Part shown: in pieces, positions 1 to 14,200 of the stretch
Numbering within the stretch: the stretch's first letter is position 1
Layout: the number at the start of each line of letters is the position of its first letter
NCBI GenBank assembly: GCA_036172245.1
Contig: JAYWIR010000015.1
Coordinates: forward strand, 4,154,001-4,218,000
Length of the DNA stretch: 64,000 bases
Source of the DNA: Raillietiella orientalis
Lineage: Eukaryota
Direction of reading: 5' to 3'
Made by a program: the position numbers and the translations under genes
Notes under the pieces: model-generated
Seen by the model: only the letters and a program-made list of their open reading frames with translations
Databases searched by the model: none
What the model was told of the DNA's origin: nothing

Positions 1-696
1 AGTTCACCTAGACAAAAGGCTACTTTTCCTCTTTAGAAGCGCGACCGCAGTATCACATGCAGCAACTTGAAAGTTAAACCCACCGTGATTCTCATGCTAG
101 ATGGAATCACTTTTTCAGCAGGAGGGTGCATTGCAGAGGCTTCTAGTTCAGAGTAAGGACTGTTCTCGCTTTCTCTGAAACCGTCGCTCCGGGTGATACA
201 AGCTTGCCAAGCACGCAAATGTCGAAATGCATCCTCATCTACTTGCTTGGCGAAATGACTACCGAAAAGATTTTCGGCTGCAGAATCAAGCTGCAGAAAC
301 ATAATGCAAATCGTCCTAGTGCCATTACGAAGGTCACAGTTGACACGTCCCTGGTGTGTGGGAAGACACAGCAGGGATGCGTCAGTTGAGAACGTGGTGT
401 TTGCCATTAACCGAATTCTGAACGGAAAACTTCCAAGAGTCTACTCATCAACAAAACCTGCCTTTGCAAGTTTTTCTAGTTGAGCACCCAACAAATGCTG
501 TCTGATTTGGCACAAAAATTCTCAAAACTGAAAATCTACGATGGATAAAGTGGCAGTTTACGTGACAGCGTAGCCAGCTCTTTAATAACTCAGCTCTCCT
601 CTTTTATAAAAGACCTTTTCTCTATTCCTACATAATTTGCGCTCTGTTGCACCTATGCAATCTGCGTTTTGAATTGCACTTTTGGCAATGCTAATC

Positions 697-1592
697 CCGT
701 GTCGGAGGCCTTGTGGTTAAGGCTTCCGCGCGTGGTACCGTACGTCGCGGGTTCGAATACTTCGGCAGAAACTGACGCCACTGCGTCGTTGGGTTCCGAG
801 TTTCTCCTGCAACGGCGCTGGTTGGCCGAGACATTCGGGCGTGGCACCGGCGGTGGATAAAACCGGCGGTCTCCCGATGAAGGCCGGAACAATGGGAAAT
901 TGACCTTCGGGTCTTCCCAGGAATAAAGAAGTGGGGAGTTTCCCCTCCGGTCGTGCAACGGAGAGCGGACCCCCCCACCGAGGGACCCCTCCGGTTTCAA
1001 GATGGAGCAGCCCTCACGGGCACCTCTCCAGTTGTTCAAAGGAGCGGACCCCCCTGTTGCGGGGGTCCCTCCGAGTCGTCGCCTCTTCACAGAGTGCACA
1101 AGGAAGCAAGCGAGAGCGATTTCCTGAGGGAAGCTGCAGCACCCCTTCTTAGTTTCGGAAGCGTCCCTTTGGGGTTCTCTTCAGAGGAGTGAACAGGAGC
1201 GGTTCCCTTGCGGGTTCCCTCCGGAGAAGAAATTCCTACTAGCGGATCCTTTCCGGGTTCCCTTTGGAGAAGCTGAAATGGACAGGACCACTCCCATCAG
1301 GGGGTGTACCTCCGGAGAGAATGAGGAAGAAGATTCCCTTCGGGATTCCCCTTCGGAGACAACCAGGGTGGGAGGTGCGATCCCCTCCGTCCGGGGGGAT
1401 CCCTCCCCAAGCGTGAGAGGAAAGGACTGCGAACCCTTCCTGGATTCATAAGGCGGACCCCCATCCCGGGGTGCCCCCTATCCTGAAGAATTACACGCCC
1501 CCTGCGGGGTTGCACGCAGGTGAGAAGCGTGGAAACAAAACAGTGTGTTTAAAAGAGCCACGTACGCCGCGAGGCATGCGACCGGCTCTTTT
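697..1592 (+). mobile_element. tRNA-headed SINE-like element, most complete copy (~0.9 kb, internal hairpin array)
   Basis: A-box-like AGGCCTTGTGG (706-716) and B-box GGTTCGAATAC (750-760) at tRNA spacing. GC-rich body of repeated CCCTTyGGGnTCCCTyCGGAG-type units. No T4 run until 1589-1592. Homologous segments at 26690, 29683/30891, 53167 and 63870. Confidence 0.75.
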
Positions 1593-2322
1593 GTTATGGA
1601 ATTTTTTGATGGATTTTTTAGGTGATACTTTCTGAAAATGATTTTTAGAAAACTTACTGAATATTTGGCCTGTATAGCAGGAGAAACGTGGAGCATGTGC
1701 ATTAACGTAAAGTCATTCTTTCGTTATTACTGTCTACTAGTGAACTAGACACCTTGATAATCAGCTTGATGGAAGCATTTGCAAATGTCATTTCACGGCA
1801 AAATTATGCATTCTAAGGATGACTCCAAAATCATTCTTAATGAAATTTTATTGTGAAAAAATATGCATTATAAGAATCTACTCTTGTTGCCTGTCTTCAA
1901 TGCACGTTATAGACTCGCTGCAGATTATTCTCGGTTCCTCAGTTCTCGGATGATGTATGTAACCGTCTAGAGATACTTAAGATGCTTTGCATAAGCAAAA
2001 TATTGGCAGATTCAGCTTTCATGATTAAGACAGCACCCATCACAGATCATTCTAAACAGATTAGAGATATGAGCGTCAATTTCGAAACTTCTGTTGTCTC
2101 TAAGAATCTCTGAAATAAAGTCATATGGTATTTTCTCGATGGCATCTCGCTGTATTAAAGTCCAAGAATATCCACCGAAGATTCGGTTATTCGGCTTCTC
2201 GATGATCCTCATTAGGAAGCCACTTTGCTGCGTGCCAAGTTTCTGATTTGCTGCAAGCAAAGCTCAAATTTTTGTGGTTGTTCACCTGACTGACTTAATT
2301 ATAATATGCATGTGAAAAACAG

Positions 2323-2439
2323 GGAATAGACGCTGAAAATGAGAAAAAGAAAGTAGAAGAGTTCTTGCGGCTTCTGTGTTTGGTTGTCGCTCTCCGATTG
2401 CTTTCGCTGTGTGGAACAAATGAGGATAGAGTTGCCATG
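2323..2439 (+). other. possible isolated coding exon of an unidentified or decayed gene
   Basis: cag|GGA...ATG|gtaatt, 117 nt, phase 0-0, reads GIDAENEKKKVEEFLRLLCLVVALRLLSLCGTNEDRVAM. I could not link it to neighbouring exons or recognise the protein. Confidence 0.25.
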
Positions 2440-5256
2440 GTAATTAGGTAAGGATATTAGGTTACGCAAAAAGCATAGTTATGTTTTTGACTAGGCAGGT
2501 AGGTAAACGGTGTTGGATCCCTACTTTGTGTGATCTTAGATCAGAAAGCTAACCATAAATCTCATAAACTCAAGTACCACCCAACAGCCACCAATACCCA
2601 TTAGTAAAATCCTATGCCCAACACCATTACTCAAAAAAGTCATTATACCTCATAATCACAACCACGTCTCATATAAAAAATAAACAAACATTAAGAAATA
2701 ATGTCCAATACAAATGCCCAGCGTTTGGGGATTTTGATTGGCAATTTGAGGTTCCATCACTCGTTTTCTCTTGGAAAAGTTTTTTTATTGAATGAAGCAG
2801 CTTTATATGCCAAATGTTTTGAATGGCGTGGCTAGAAATAGTGTTCATTGTACTTGGATTTCAACCCATACCATGATGCTTCACATGAGAAAACAATTTG
2901 TCATTCAAATTAGATATGTATTTAAAGATTCACACACAGTCGGAATCAAATTGGGCATTGCTGTCTTGCATTAATCTACTGTCAAATCATGTTGCCAATC
3001 TGAACTGTGCATAATCTACCTCGATTTAATCAGGATCTTCATTGGACAAGATTACAATATGATGCTTGAAGGATCCTTATTGCTTGGAGATATATTCACA
3101 AATTTTTTAGCATTATGCGACTTCAACATTGTTTTCTAAGCTGTTGAGCTTGATGCCAATATACCTCATAGCTAAAAATTCGCTCAGTGTCTGATCATTC
3201 GTAGTTTTTTAGGAAGTAGACATTAGTTTCGAGGGCTAAATGCTTCGCTTGTAATGAAATTATTTATATATAATTTCTGTTGGACGTGGAGCATTACTGA
3301 AGATGGCAGATTTCTCTTACCTCATTAAGGGTGACTCTACGTGTTATCTATTATAACTATAATTTAGTTCATGCCCAGTATTCTTTGACAATATTCGTAT
3401 TACTCAATAGTAATCTTTGTACATCTATGAAGACTTCGCCAGTTGTGTTTCAATCCACGGATTTCGATTTTTGGACAAAGGTCATTAGATATTTCGTTCG
3501 CGAGAAAGTTGTAGGTATTTTTTTTTCCTTCAAAAACTTGTGTATCCTTGTTTACTTTTGTTGCAATACGATACACATATTCCACCAAAGACCTGGGAGT
3601 CTCATTGCCAAAATCTCGCTGATGAGAAACCTCTTTCGTGTATAATAGTGCCTTGCTGTCTAGTTACATTTGGAATCTCTCTGTATTTAAGGTATTTTGA
3701 AATTAGTTGTATGTGTTAATTGTGTTGAAAGAAGTGTAAGAGCTTCTATGTACCACACAGAATCAATAGAAATCAGAATCAATCACAATCACAGAAATCA
3801 GAAAATGTCAATCAATGGCTATCTAGGACTTATTTAATACTTACTGACTATTTAGTCGACAAATTATTGATAATCTCTACATTAAGCCTTTCTTCCTGTT
3901 ATGATTGAAAACTTAGTCTGTAACCTAGCCTATTGATATCTTTTAACATAAATAAAATGGATATTTTCTTAAAGTAAAGGTAACAACATCGTCGGGTGCT
4001 GTCAGGCACGTATTTTGAGAAACAAAAAGTGTGGCAACCTTCGTCTTTCAGCAGAATAAGATCGGTGGTATTTGAGGATTTGAAGAAATAAATTTATGTT
4101 GCGATTGCATTCTCATACCTTGAATTAGAGAAAACACAAAGTTTACCAACAAATGAGCCATCCAATATATTTCCTACATTATTCATAAGTAATACGTGTG
4201 ATGGTTGCGAGAAACTGATCAGCTAAAAAAAATTAAATGAAATATCTACATGTAAGTGCATTTGTGTATGCACAGGTCTATTCCAAATGAAGGTTTGTGG
4301 TCGCCTTGTGTGCAATTCTCCTCTTTCATTCGAGCAGAATGCATCTTGTTTCATTTTACAGTCCCTGGGCTCGGTAATGAATAGTCTTGCACTCCAACGA
4401 TTAGTGCTGCATTCTCACACATTCGTACTTCGACCTCCCATTTCAGTTTGCCAGTTCACGATTTGGCAGTTGGCAGGAATGGCTAGTGGGGTGCTGAAAT
4501 AGGGCGGCCCAGCATGGTGTGCGAATATGCGCCAAGGTCTGGTGGCAACGTGCGAGGTCATCCGAGAAAAGTTCCAGTTGTAGTAGAAACCCTTATACAC
4601 AATCGCCCAGAATAAAATCCCAGCTGTTTGTATTTTCCCCTGTTTGTCGTATCAGTTTGACGTGAAAGTTTGCATCATGTCGTTTGCATCACCTGTTTGT
4701 GGTTTTGACTTCGCCTATACCTGATCGGTGCAGTTTAAGAAATGATAGTGAAGTCTTTTCCAGCTGGAAAGCAAATATAACAGAATTAAATGTTGCTTCT
4801 ACCTGGATGTAGGTAAAGAAACGATGAGCTTAGGTAAATGCAGCCATGCTCAATAACATAAGTAGAATTACATGTGTTTATGGTTAAACAACTATGAATC
4901 AAATATGAAGCATTAGCTAAGAGAATTGATTATTTAATGCACTTCAAGTTTGTACCCACTTTTGTAAAGTAAATTACTGGGTATGTTGTTGAATAATTTT
5001 GCCTGTTTCATGCCAAAATTTCCGAAACCACAAAAAAGTTTCTTTTCAACATTCCGTTTAAAGGTTAGATGAGCGTATGTGAAAAGAAATTTGATTTTGT
5101 AAATGAGAATTTCTACTATTTACTGTCAAGCAGTTAACTATAAAGTTTTAAACGATTTGTACAGTTCTTGAATTTTCGGATCATTTTAAAATTATTTAAT
5201 TTAATTCGCATAAATTTACTTTCAGAAGACCAACTTTTGATTTTTTTGGTTTCACC

Positions 5257-8200
5257 ATGGAAAAGTTTGCTGTAGATATAGACAAAGTTCTCGATGATTT
5301 TGAATTAAGTGAAGGTAAGATATTTCCACCTATGATGTATTTTGGACTCTGTTTTTAACGAGATCATTAACTTTAATTGTGATGAGATTATCTTTTGATA
5401 TTTTTTGCCATATTACTGCAATGACAGTTGTGTACCTTTAGTGGGTTTACTATTTGAGGTAATAGAAACAATACTTTACAATTTGTTAATACGTATTATC
5501 ATTTTCTTTAATTTACCTGCAAATTTACAATTCATTTAGTAATTCTGTGTATTAAAGTGTTTCTAGTTGCACATTTCTTTTTCAGAATTGGAGTGTTCCT
5601 CTTCAGTTGAAAGAACTTGTAATCAGGTCAGTTTTTTAAAATAATTTTAAATTTCAGATTTACATGTACTTCATGCTTTTTCACCAAACTCGATATCAGC
5701 ACCTGATTTTTTCCAGATATCAACGGTTCTTAAAAAATAAAGATAATTTAATGCGAAAACCCGTAGGTTATTATGCACCAAGAGTTTTTCTGTAAGATTG
5801 ATTGTGATATTGTTCAATTTGATATGTTTGATTAATGCTTGTTTGTAAATTTGTTTTTATATCTGTGTTTATTCTTTGAATCTTTACATACATCTTTGCA
5901 AGTTATAGTTGAATGCAACATGTATAATGTAAGTTAATATCGTAAGCTATTATCATATCTTTAGAGCATTTTATAGCTTTCAGGCTCTTCAAATCTTTCC
6001 AAATGTTTATGATTTACTCTTCATGATTTAAGTGTTTGCAAAGCAGGTGCAAAAAGAGCAAAAGCAGAGGAAGGTTTGAATTTTTCAAATTTGAACCATT
6101 TGCAAGTGGGTATTAGAAATAGTTGCAATTTTTCCATTCTTGAATGATCATGATTTCATTATTATTGAGGGTGATGATTTAGAAGACATCAGTTAATTTT
6201 GATAGCCTGTTGCAGAAATAACCTTCTTTTGTATGATTCAACATATTTGCTATCTTATTATTGTACATTGAGAGGAAATAAAATTCTTTTTATTTAATGG
6301 ATTATTTTAATTAAAGGATTATTTGGTTCTGAAACTTTTGAATTAAGTTTTGATGATTTGAAAACACTTATGTACACATGTTCAGAATCCATTGTACAGT
6401 TGCAGTTTACATTTTGGCATTTTGTTTGAATGTTGAGATGCATGTAAAGAACAAAAAAGATTTTTTACCATATAATAATTTAATACAGTACAAAGTAAGA
6501 TTAAAGTGCTGACTTAAGATTGTTTACTATCAAGTTTTCTCTGTATTGGCACATGCAATGTGGAATGCTGCCGGATTGTTGGTGAGCTTTTAAATCAGTG
6601 AATAGTTTTTATCGCAGCACATAGATTTTAGTGAATTTAATTGTTGGCAGAACTTGGTTTTCACAATAATTTGAGGTTATTATAATGGCATACTTTTTCA
6701 GTGACTGCATTTTGCTTGTGATTCTGCCCAGTGTAATTCCCAACTAATCAACTTAAGGATTCATTCTTAACCACATGGCATTTTTAAAGGTCTTTTTAGG
6801 AATTTTTTGCTGTGTATCGCCATTTGGCTGGTACTATGTTTGATTGCATACGATTGTAGAATTATTTTTTTATGGATACATGAATTGTCTATTCTTTTGC
6901 GGATTAACAAACAAAATCATTAGCTGTACTGATTTTTCACACAAGATGTGTGTAATGGAGATTTGTTGATAGTGATTTGCAATTTTAAAACTTATTTGTC
7001 CATAAAGATCGTCTAGGAAAATCAAGTTGTATAATGATAGTTATTGGCATTGGGATGGTAGCTTCAATATGGTAAATCTATTCAGTGTTTTCAGCTATCG
7101 TGTTTCTTAAAATTTTGGATATTTTACATGTTTCAAGTATATTTGTACATAACTAAATACGTACAACTAAAAATTTTAAGCATGCTCAATTTTCCCTCTG
7201 GTTTCGTACTCGGATAGTTTTGGCCTGTTTTTTAAAACTTTGCATTAAAATTCACTTTGCAAAAGACACTTGAAAGTGTTCTCATGCCCTGATTCTGGTA
7301 TTTAGTTGGATTATTAAATTTGTTTGTTTTGAATGATGGTGGAATGAAGATCTATAAGGAAGTCTGTTTTAAGAATGGTCAAAATGTACTTTCAATATCA
7401 ACTTTGATGTTGTCAAATAATGATTGGTACTTTCAAATGATTTCAGTACTGTGCTGGTGTACTATAAATTGTCTGAAATAATTCTTGCATCATCATAAAG
7501 ATCCTGTAGATTCAAAAATGTATTTCACTTGTAATGTCCTGATTATTTTGGCATTCTTACATTTATTTATGTTATAATGTTGCAAGTGTTTTGAAAATTA
7601 TGAACATGCTAGTGTGTGCAGAATTCAAATTGCAATTAACTGGGCAAGAATGATTTAGTAAGGGAAAAATATTTTTCTGTCCCAAGATTGTGGATATTAA
7701 TTTAGAGTTTAATTCTGATCAGTCATTGGAGTGTTCTAAATGATATTTCACAGATATAAAATTTAGAAATTATCCTTTCTTGTTGGTGTCTCATTTATTT
7801 TTGGTCATCTTAGGAGTATCAAAAAAATGATTTGAAAGTTCCAGCTGTGGATTTGCATGCTCCATCAGAAACATTGTTTGGTTCAGATACATATGGTATG
7901 TAAATACTCAGTATGAAATGAAAGATAAATTAGTAGTTCATATTTGAAAAGCTTTTTGATGAGTGTTTCCATATATTTTCAGAAAATTCTATTCCTGATG
8001 CCATTGATAATATTGATGTACATGCAAAGAAAGAATATTATATGCTCTTAGATTATAATGATGAGGATAAAAGTGCTGCTTTTGAAACAGGCACACATGA
8101 TGGAGAATACAAAGAACATCTTTCATCTGATCAAGAAAGTGCAGAAATAGTTACTGATTGTGCATTGACTCAACCTGTTATGCCTACTCCTACAAATTTA

Positions 8201-11200
8201 CTGAATTCTGTTCTTTCAAATGCTCTTAGTTCTGATGGTGTTATCAAAGACCAAAAACCTGATAGCATCACAATTGATCCACCTTTATTATCCAATTGTA
8301 TAACAGATGTTTTTGATGCTTCAGTTTCAAAGTGTGTCTTACCATGTATAAGTTCTGTAACAGAATCTGACAACGAGCAACCTGATATGACATTAAACTC
8401 TCTGGTTTCTTGTGAAAACAGTTCTCAAATATGTGCAGATGTACTTTGCCCAGATAACAGATGTGATCAGATAGGATCACAAAATTCTGATAACAGTAGT
8501 CAATTCACAACAACTGAAGCAGATATTTTGGGGTCAGATGATAATTTTCATGAGAAAAACATTATTGATTTACCAAAAAGTGGATGTGATGAAATGTTCC
8601 CTTCTAGAACATGTGCAATAAATCCTGTTACCAATACTGTTGATTGTACCAGTGCAAATATAAATTCATCTAGTAAAGTAGGTAATTTTGTTGTTCAAGA
8701 ACATGGTTTTTGTGAATTTGATGATTCCATAAGACAGAAGCATGCTCCATTAGAAAGTAGCAATTGTTCAGTAAATCCAACCAGATCAGTCAGTTCTGTT
8801 AGCACTGTATTCCCTAATGAAGAAGCAGATGTACAGAATTATCTTCCCTCAAAGTGTGAAACAAAAAATAATTGTGTTCCTGATGAAACAGATGAATATA
8901 GAACCAAAATGCTTTCCATTAAAGTTAAATCAGAAAATGTTTTAGACAGCATCTCTTCACATATTGATGCTTTGGCAATGTCTGATCATCCTTGTTCTGA
9001 TGTTGAAAATCATTCTAAAGAAAACACATCTCTAACAGTTCAAGCAGTTGACATTTCAGATGTGTCACAATGTGAGCCTGTAACAGCATCATTAATTTCC
9101 AAAAAAGCAAATGTAAATTTTGGTGATGAAATGGTCACAACAGAAACTGATACTATCAGGAAAATGTCTTTAAACCCAAACCATCCTCAAAAACAGATGT
9201 CTTGTTCAAGTAACACTGAAAGGTTGTTTGTGAGAGAAATTCAAAATAGTATGTATACAGTGCTTAACGTTTTTTCATTCTAAACGGTTCAAGTTTTAAT
9301 AAGAACCTTAATCCAGAAAATAACAACCACAATTTCCTCCAGATAAAAGCATGTATGTGCTAAATCATGAGTAACCCTCTCTTATCCACCTAAAATTTTC
9401 ATTAAGAGTAAGTTTACAGATGCACTTTTATTATCATGGATCAACATCAAGGTTCTATTTTTGTTAAAGATAATTTAACTTTAAGGTATTGTGCTTGATC
9501 TAGAACTGTAATGAATCTATGAATTCTATTTCTACAATGATAATTGTATTTGCTGTACTTTTTTGTTTGCTGGTAATGTCTGTAGGAAAGCTTTCCTCAA
9601 GTGATTATCAAAGGAAATCATATCTTTGGCAGCAGTTGGATGTAGAGTTTTGATTATAGGATAAAAAAAATTTTGTTTCAGGAGGATAGGAGTGTTGCTC
9701 ACTATACTTGAATAAGTAGATTATTTTCTTTAGGATCAGGACTAGTTTATATCATTTAACATTATCTTGAATTAGTGACTTATTAATTCATAGTAATGAT
9801 ATCTAGTAGGGAAAAGACTGAAAACCTGACATTTCAAAATGTCAGGTTTTCAGTCCTATGATTAGTGTATGTTTCAATTGATAACTTGAAATAATTTAAG
9901 GAATGAATGTTGAAAAAACGTAAATATTGTGTTGATTTGTTTAATGCATAAATACTGTGCTTTGTGATTTCAGTAAGTATTGTTTTTTATCAAGCATGAA
10001 AAATCGTTGTACAAAGAGCTAGTGTTCATTAATACTTTGCATCAATGTGTGCAACCTGATTGTTATTTCTATTTTTGGTTTGACTTTTTGACAGTACTAT
10101 TTGGTGTTTAAACTTTTCACGTACACTTTCTGTTGGACAGAAATCCAGTTATGAAATATTAATTTACCAAATAAGTGAGCTACATGCAACCAGTATTTGA
10201 ACATTCAAAATATAATGTATTCATCCACTGATTGCTGAATTGCCAGAATAAGCAATTACTTTATTGTGTAATTGGTTTTGATGATGATGAAAATAGACTG
10301 TTAAGAATTAATTATAGCGAATTTTGTAACAAGATGGTTAATTTTTTTCACTGTTTCCTGTAATCAGTACTAAACTTTTTATTTGTGAAACAAAATTATT
10401 AAGACAGCAGGTGGAACACATGTTCACATCCAAAGTATTCTTGACATAAAACCAAAAAATCGTTAAGCATTCATAGAGTAGTAAACATACAAAAAGTTCA
10501 TGTATGTGATAGGAGAAGGTGAATTTTCGTAGCTTAGTTCCCAAATATTTATGTATATATTTGAAAAGCATTAAATAATGTCATTATTTGAATTCACACA
10601 TGTGCCTGTAAATGTTTTGTAGCATGTACATGTACATGAAGTCAGAATATGAATAAGCCTACTTGCTGAATGCAGAGAATTTTGTTTAATCATTTACTCG
10701 TCGCTTTTTAGCTAATATTATTAGCAATATTAGTAATGTACTAGACAACCATATTGGGTGCAATTCACTTACTTGCAGCTACTCTTCAGATATATATGCA
10801 TTACAGCTAGAGTGAATTAAAGGTGCAGATGGATGAAGTAAAACAAACTATACGTAAAAGTAATTTATAGTAAATTGAAGCAACATTTAAGTTTCAGAAA
10901 TAAATTTTGTTGTCTTGTGGGGCTTTAGCTTGGTCCTAGTTAACAAATAAATGAGTTTCATTAGATGGAATAGTAATGTAGCACATTAAAAATGCAAATG
11001 TTAAATGTAATTGTTAACTATTGTTAACTTATTTAGACAATTAATTTTTGAAGCAATTCTTACAAAAAAATGGGTTGCATATCAGATTGTAATGGAAATT
11101 TCATTTTTATTTGAGCCAGAATTAGAATGATAAAGGTTCAGCATTAGTTAGTCTGAAGTAGAATGGAGATGCAATTTTTAGGCTTCATACAAATGTCAAA

Positions 11201-14200
11201 ATGAAAAATAAATTCAAATTATTTTTGTGCAACCGTGCTTAAATGTGATTCATTGAATTTTACACATGGAATTTCACTTTCCTGCTGGCAACAGCTCCCT
11301 GAATTATAAATTCACTTTTTACAAAGCATAAGATGATTCTTCGTTTTGGCATCCAAGAACTTCAAATGTAGCAAGCACATTGTTTTTATCATTTAATTTC
11401 AATATTTCACTGATCATAAAAGTTGCTGAATTATTTCTAGGTAGTCTGATACCCAGAATTACAATCAAAATTTAAATCAAAAGATTCTCCAAAGTGGTTT
11501 CTTTGAAAGCATTTTTTTCGTTTTTTGTGTTTTTGGATTTTTTTTGACTTCCAACGAATTGCTAATGAAAACAATTTTTTCTTAGTGAGTTGTGAAATGG
11601 GATGATACTATTAAGTGCTACTAATCAATGTAGGATGCTACCAGAAATGATTTTTATACTTCAATTGAATGTATATATTTGTTTATAGCGTAAAAATCAC
11701 ATGATATTTATCTCTGTGTGGTGTGGTTTTAATTTTTAATCTCCGAGTTGATTTAAATCAGAATTTTCAAATCTTATATAAGTATTTCTAATCTTTCAGG
11801 TAATGCAGCTACTTTTTCTGCAAATCAGTCTATTGAATCATCTGAATTCTCCATGCAACCTAAGCTTGGAATGCAACAGCCACATTGGCTTCCTGATTCT
11901 GATGCTTCACACTGTATGTGTTGCAAAGCTAAGTTCACAATCATTCGGAGACGACACCATTGCCGTGCTTGTGGAAAGGTGATTGAATCATTTTTGTATT
12001 TTCACAATTTCACATCTAATAACATGAAGCGTTTTTTGTTTCTTGCAGATATTCTGTTCCCATTGTTGTAATTGTAAAGTTAAACTAGCATACTTAAAAA
12101 ATGATGAAGGCAGAGTATGTCAGTCATGTGAAGAGACCTTAAAATTAGGTAAATAATATTGAGCAGAATATAATGTAAAAATGTGTGATACATTTGTTGT
12201 AGATTCTCATATTTGTGGTGAGTTTATAATTCCCGATTTTTACACTTACTCGATTAAAATGAAAAAATCAGGGTGGCTGAATGCATTTGAAGTGTTGTTT
12301 TTAGTGCTATATTTTGTTGTTACTTTGTTCACAGCTTTCAAGAAGTCATTAGGATTTATTATATTATGCATTCTGATTTTGTGTGATTTTAGATAATGGA
12401 ATACTTACTTATTGATTTTCTTTAGTGTGAGTACTTTGTAATTTTGGAATTTTTAACTATTCACATACATACTGTGATTCAAGATTGAAAATTGTGTGAT
12501 AAGAATGTATATTTTTTCTAAAAAACAAAAAAAATAGTGCATTCTTATCTCCTTAATGTGTCAGTCTTTTATCAGTTTAAATTTGATGACTAATTTATGA
12601 GGACAGAATGAACCATTTTGTTAGAATCATGTTCTTAAATCAACTCTAAGGTACAGAATTCATTGCTCTTGATCTATGAATGCATAAATCAGTTATCAAA
12701 ATCACCTTTTTCATGTGGTCTGTTAGTGAATTATAGGGAAGGTATCAATTTTTTTTGGCAGTGTGTTGCTGTGAGAGCAAGTTCATAGTTTCACTATTTA
12801 CCAAAGAAAATGGGTTCTCTAAAGTTTCCAGGTTATAAGCAACAGCGATGCTTAAGACCGCTAGAATATTTTGGACTTAGAAAAATTTCAGAGAAGTTTT
12901 GGTCTAGAGTAGTTGAAATAGGGATTTTGTGCGACCTCAATCATTTCATGTTTCCTTTTTTTCAAAAGTTTTTGGTTAGTTTTTGTAATTGTATTTAATT
13001 TTGAATTAATTTCAGAATGCGTTAAGGCACTGATGTTGCTTGCATGTAATCGAAATTTTTTTTACTTAAAATTCAGGAATTGCAATTTGAGTGAGTGCCT
13101 TTACCCTTATTTTATATGCAAAATTTTTATCGATATTCAGTACTCTTCAAAAGGGGTTTGCAATATTAGAACTTTGCGGTCAGAATTCCATCTCGCGTCG
13201 CACATTAATATGCTAATTAATGAATTCGACGCTCAAAAATTTCGATTTTCTTCCAAATATTTACATACTTTTTCATATTTTAAGGAAAGACAACACAAAA
13301 ACACGATTTAAACCTATTTAGGTATATGGAGTTGTAAAGTCATTCAATGAGCAGCATTTGTAAATATATTAGTTCGAGGGGGGGGGAATCTTTGAAAAGA
13401 AGTGAATATAGGAAAGTATTGATATGACAAGCATATGTGAAACTATCACATGTTTGTTCGTTGCCATATCTGAGAATCAAACAACAAATCAGACAAAGTA
13501 ATCAGGAATAAAATTTTTTGCTCTTCAGTTTGATTTTTTTAGTCCTCTGTAAAGTTATTAAGATGATTTGAGGTTTTAACATAATTTTGACACAAAAAGG
13601 ATTCTAATTTTATGTAGAAATTTTATAATATTTGAACTTTATTTTAGCCACAAGAAGTATACTGGATTCAACAGGAGGATCTGAAAATAGATGTCGTAAG
13701 AAGAAGCATTCACCAAATCCTAATAACCCCTTAGAGTATTGTTCCACTATTTCACCTTTGCAGCAGGCATCTTGTAAAACTAATCCAAGTACCCTTACTG
13801 TTATGATCCCAAGTGGAGTTCTTAAAAAGGAAGGTAATGTCATGATTTCAGTTTTAAGTTTCACAGAACAAAACATCAGGAATGCCTAAACCATTGCAAG
13901 AGCAAAAGAAAGTTATGTTCTCTGATGGAATTTTTCCTGATGGTAATTTAATCGAAGATGACTCATCTTCTGGAGAGTTTTGCAGCACCTTGGGGAAAAT
14001 TAGGTCAGAAAAGAAATTGGAAATTTCAGGTGGTGTTATGCCATTTGGAATAGATTAATTCAAGTGCTTATATTTTTAGATATGGGTTCAAGCACTCAAC
14101 CTTTTGTTTCTACGGTGGACTTCAACATTTTTCACATCTCTGGGTTACCTCCATTGAAACTAAAATCCGGTAACTAGATACTTTTACTGAATTACTCCAG

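Noticed and set aside
1..655. Spliced gene at the window start
   Set aside because: Exon-like segments can be drawn on either strand, but no consistent phase path or recognisable protein resulted.
697..770. Functional tRNA gene
   Set aside because: A/B boxes are present but I could not form proper acceptor and anticodon stems, no terminator follows, and it is fused to a repeat body, so it is treated as a SINE head.
950..1450. CRISPR-like reading of the repeated hairpin units
   Set aside because: Units are diverged with no constant repeat or unique spacers; eukaryotic context with no cas genes.
2431..2444. RFX/DAF-19 X-box-like GTTGCCATGGTAAT
   Set aside because: One mismatch from consensus, overlaps a possible splice donor, and no ciliary gene start could be identified nearby.
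13834..13858. Apparent 25-nt micro-intron in SARA
   Set aside because: An in-frame acceptor at 13879 gives a 46-nt intron matching the local mode; the 33-nt option runs into a stop.
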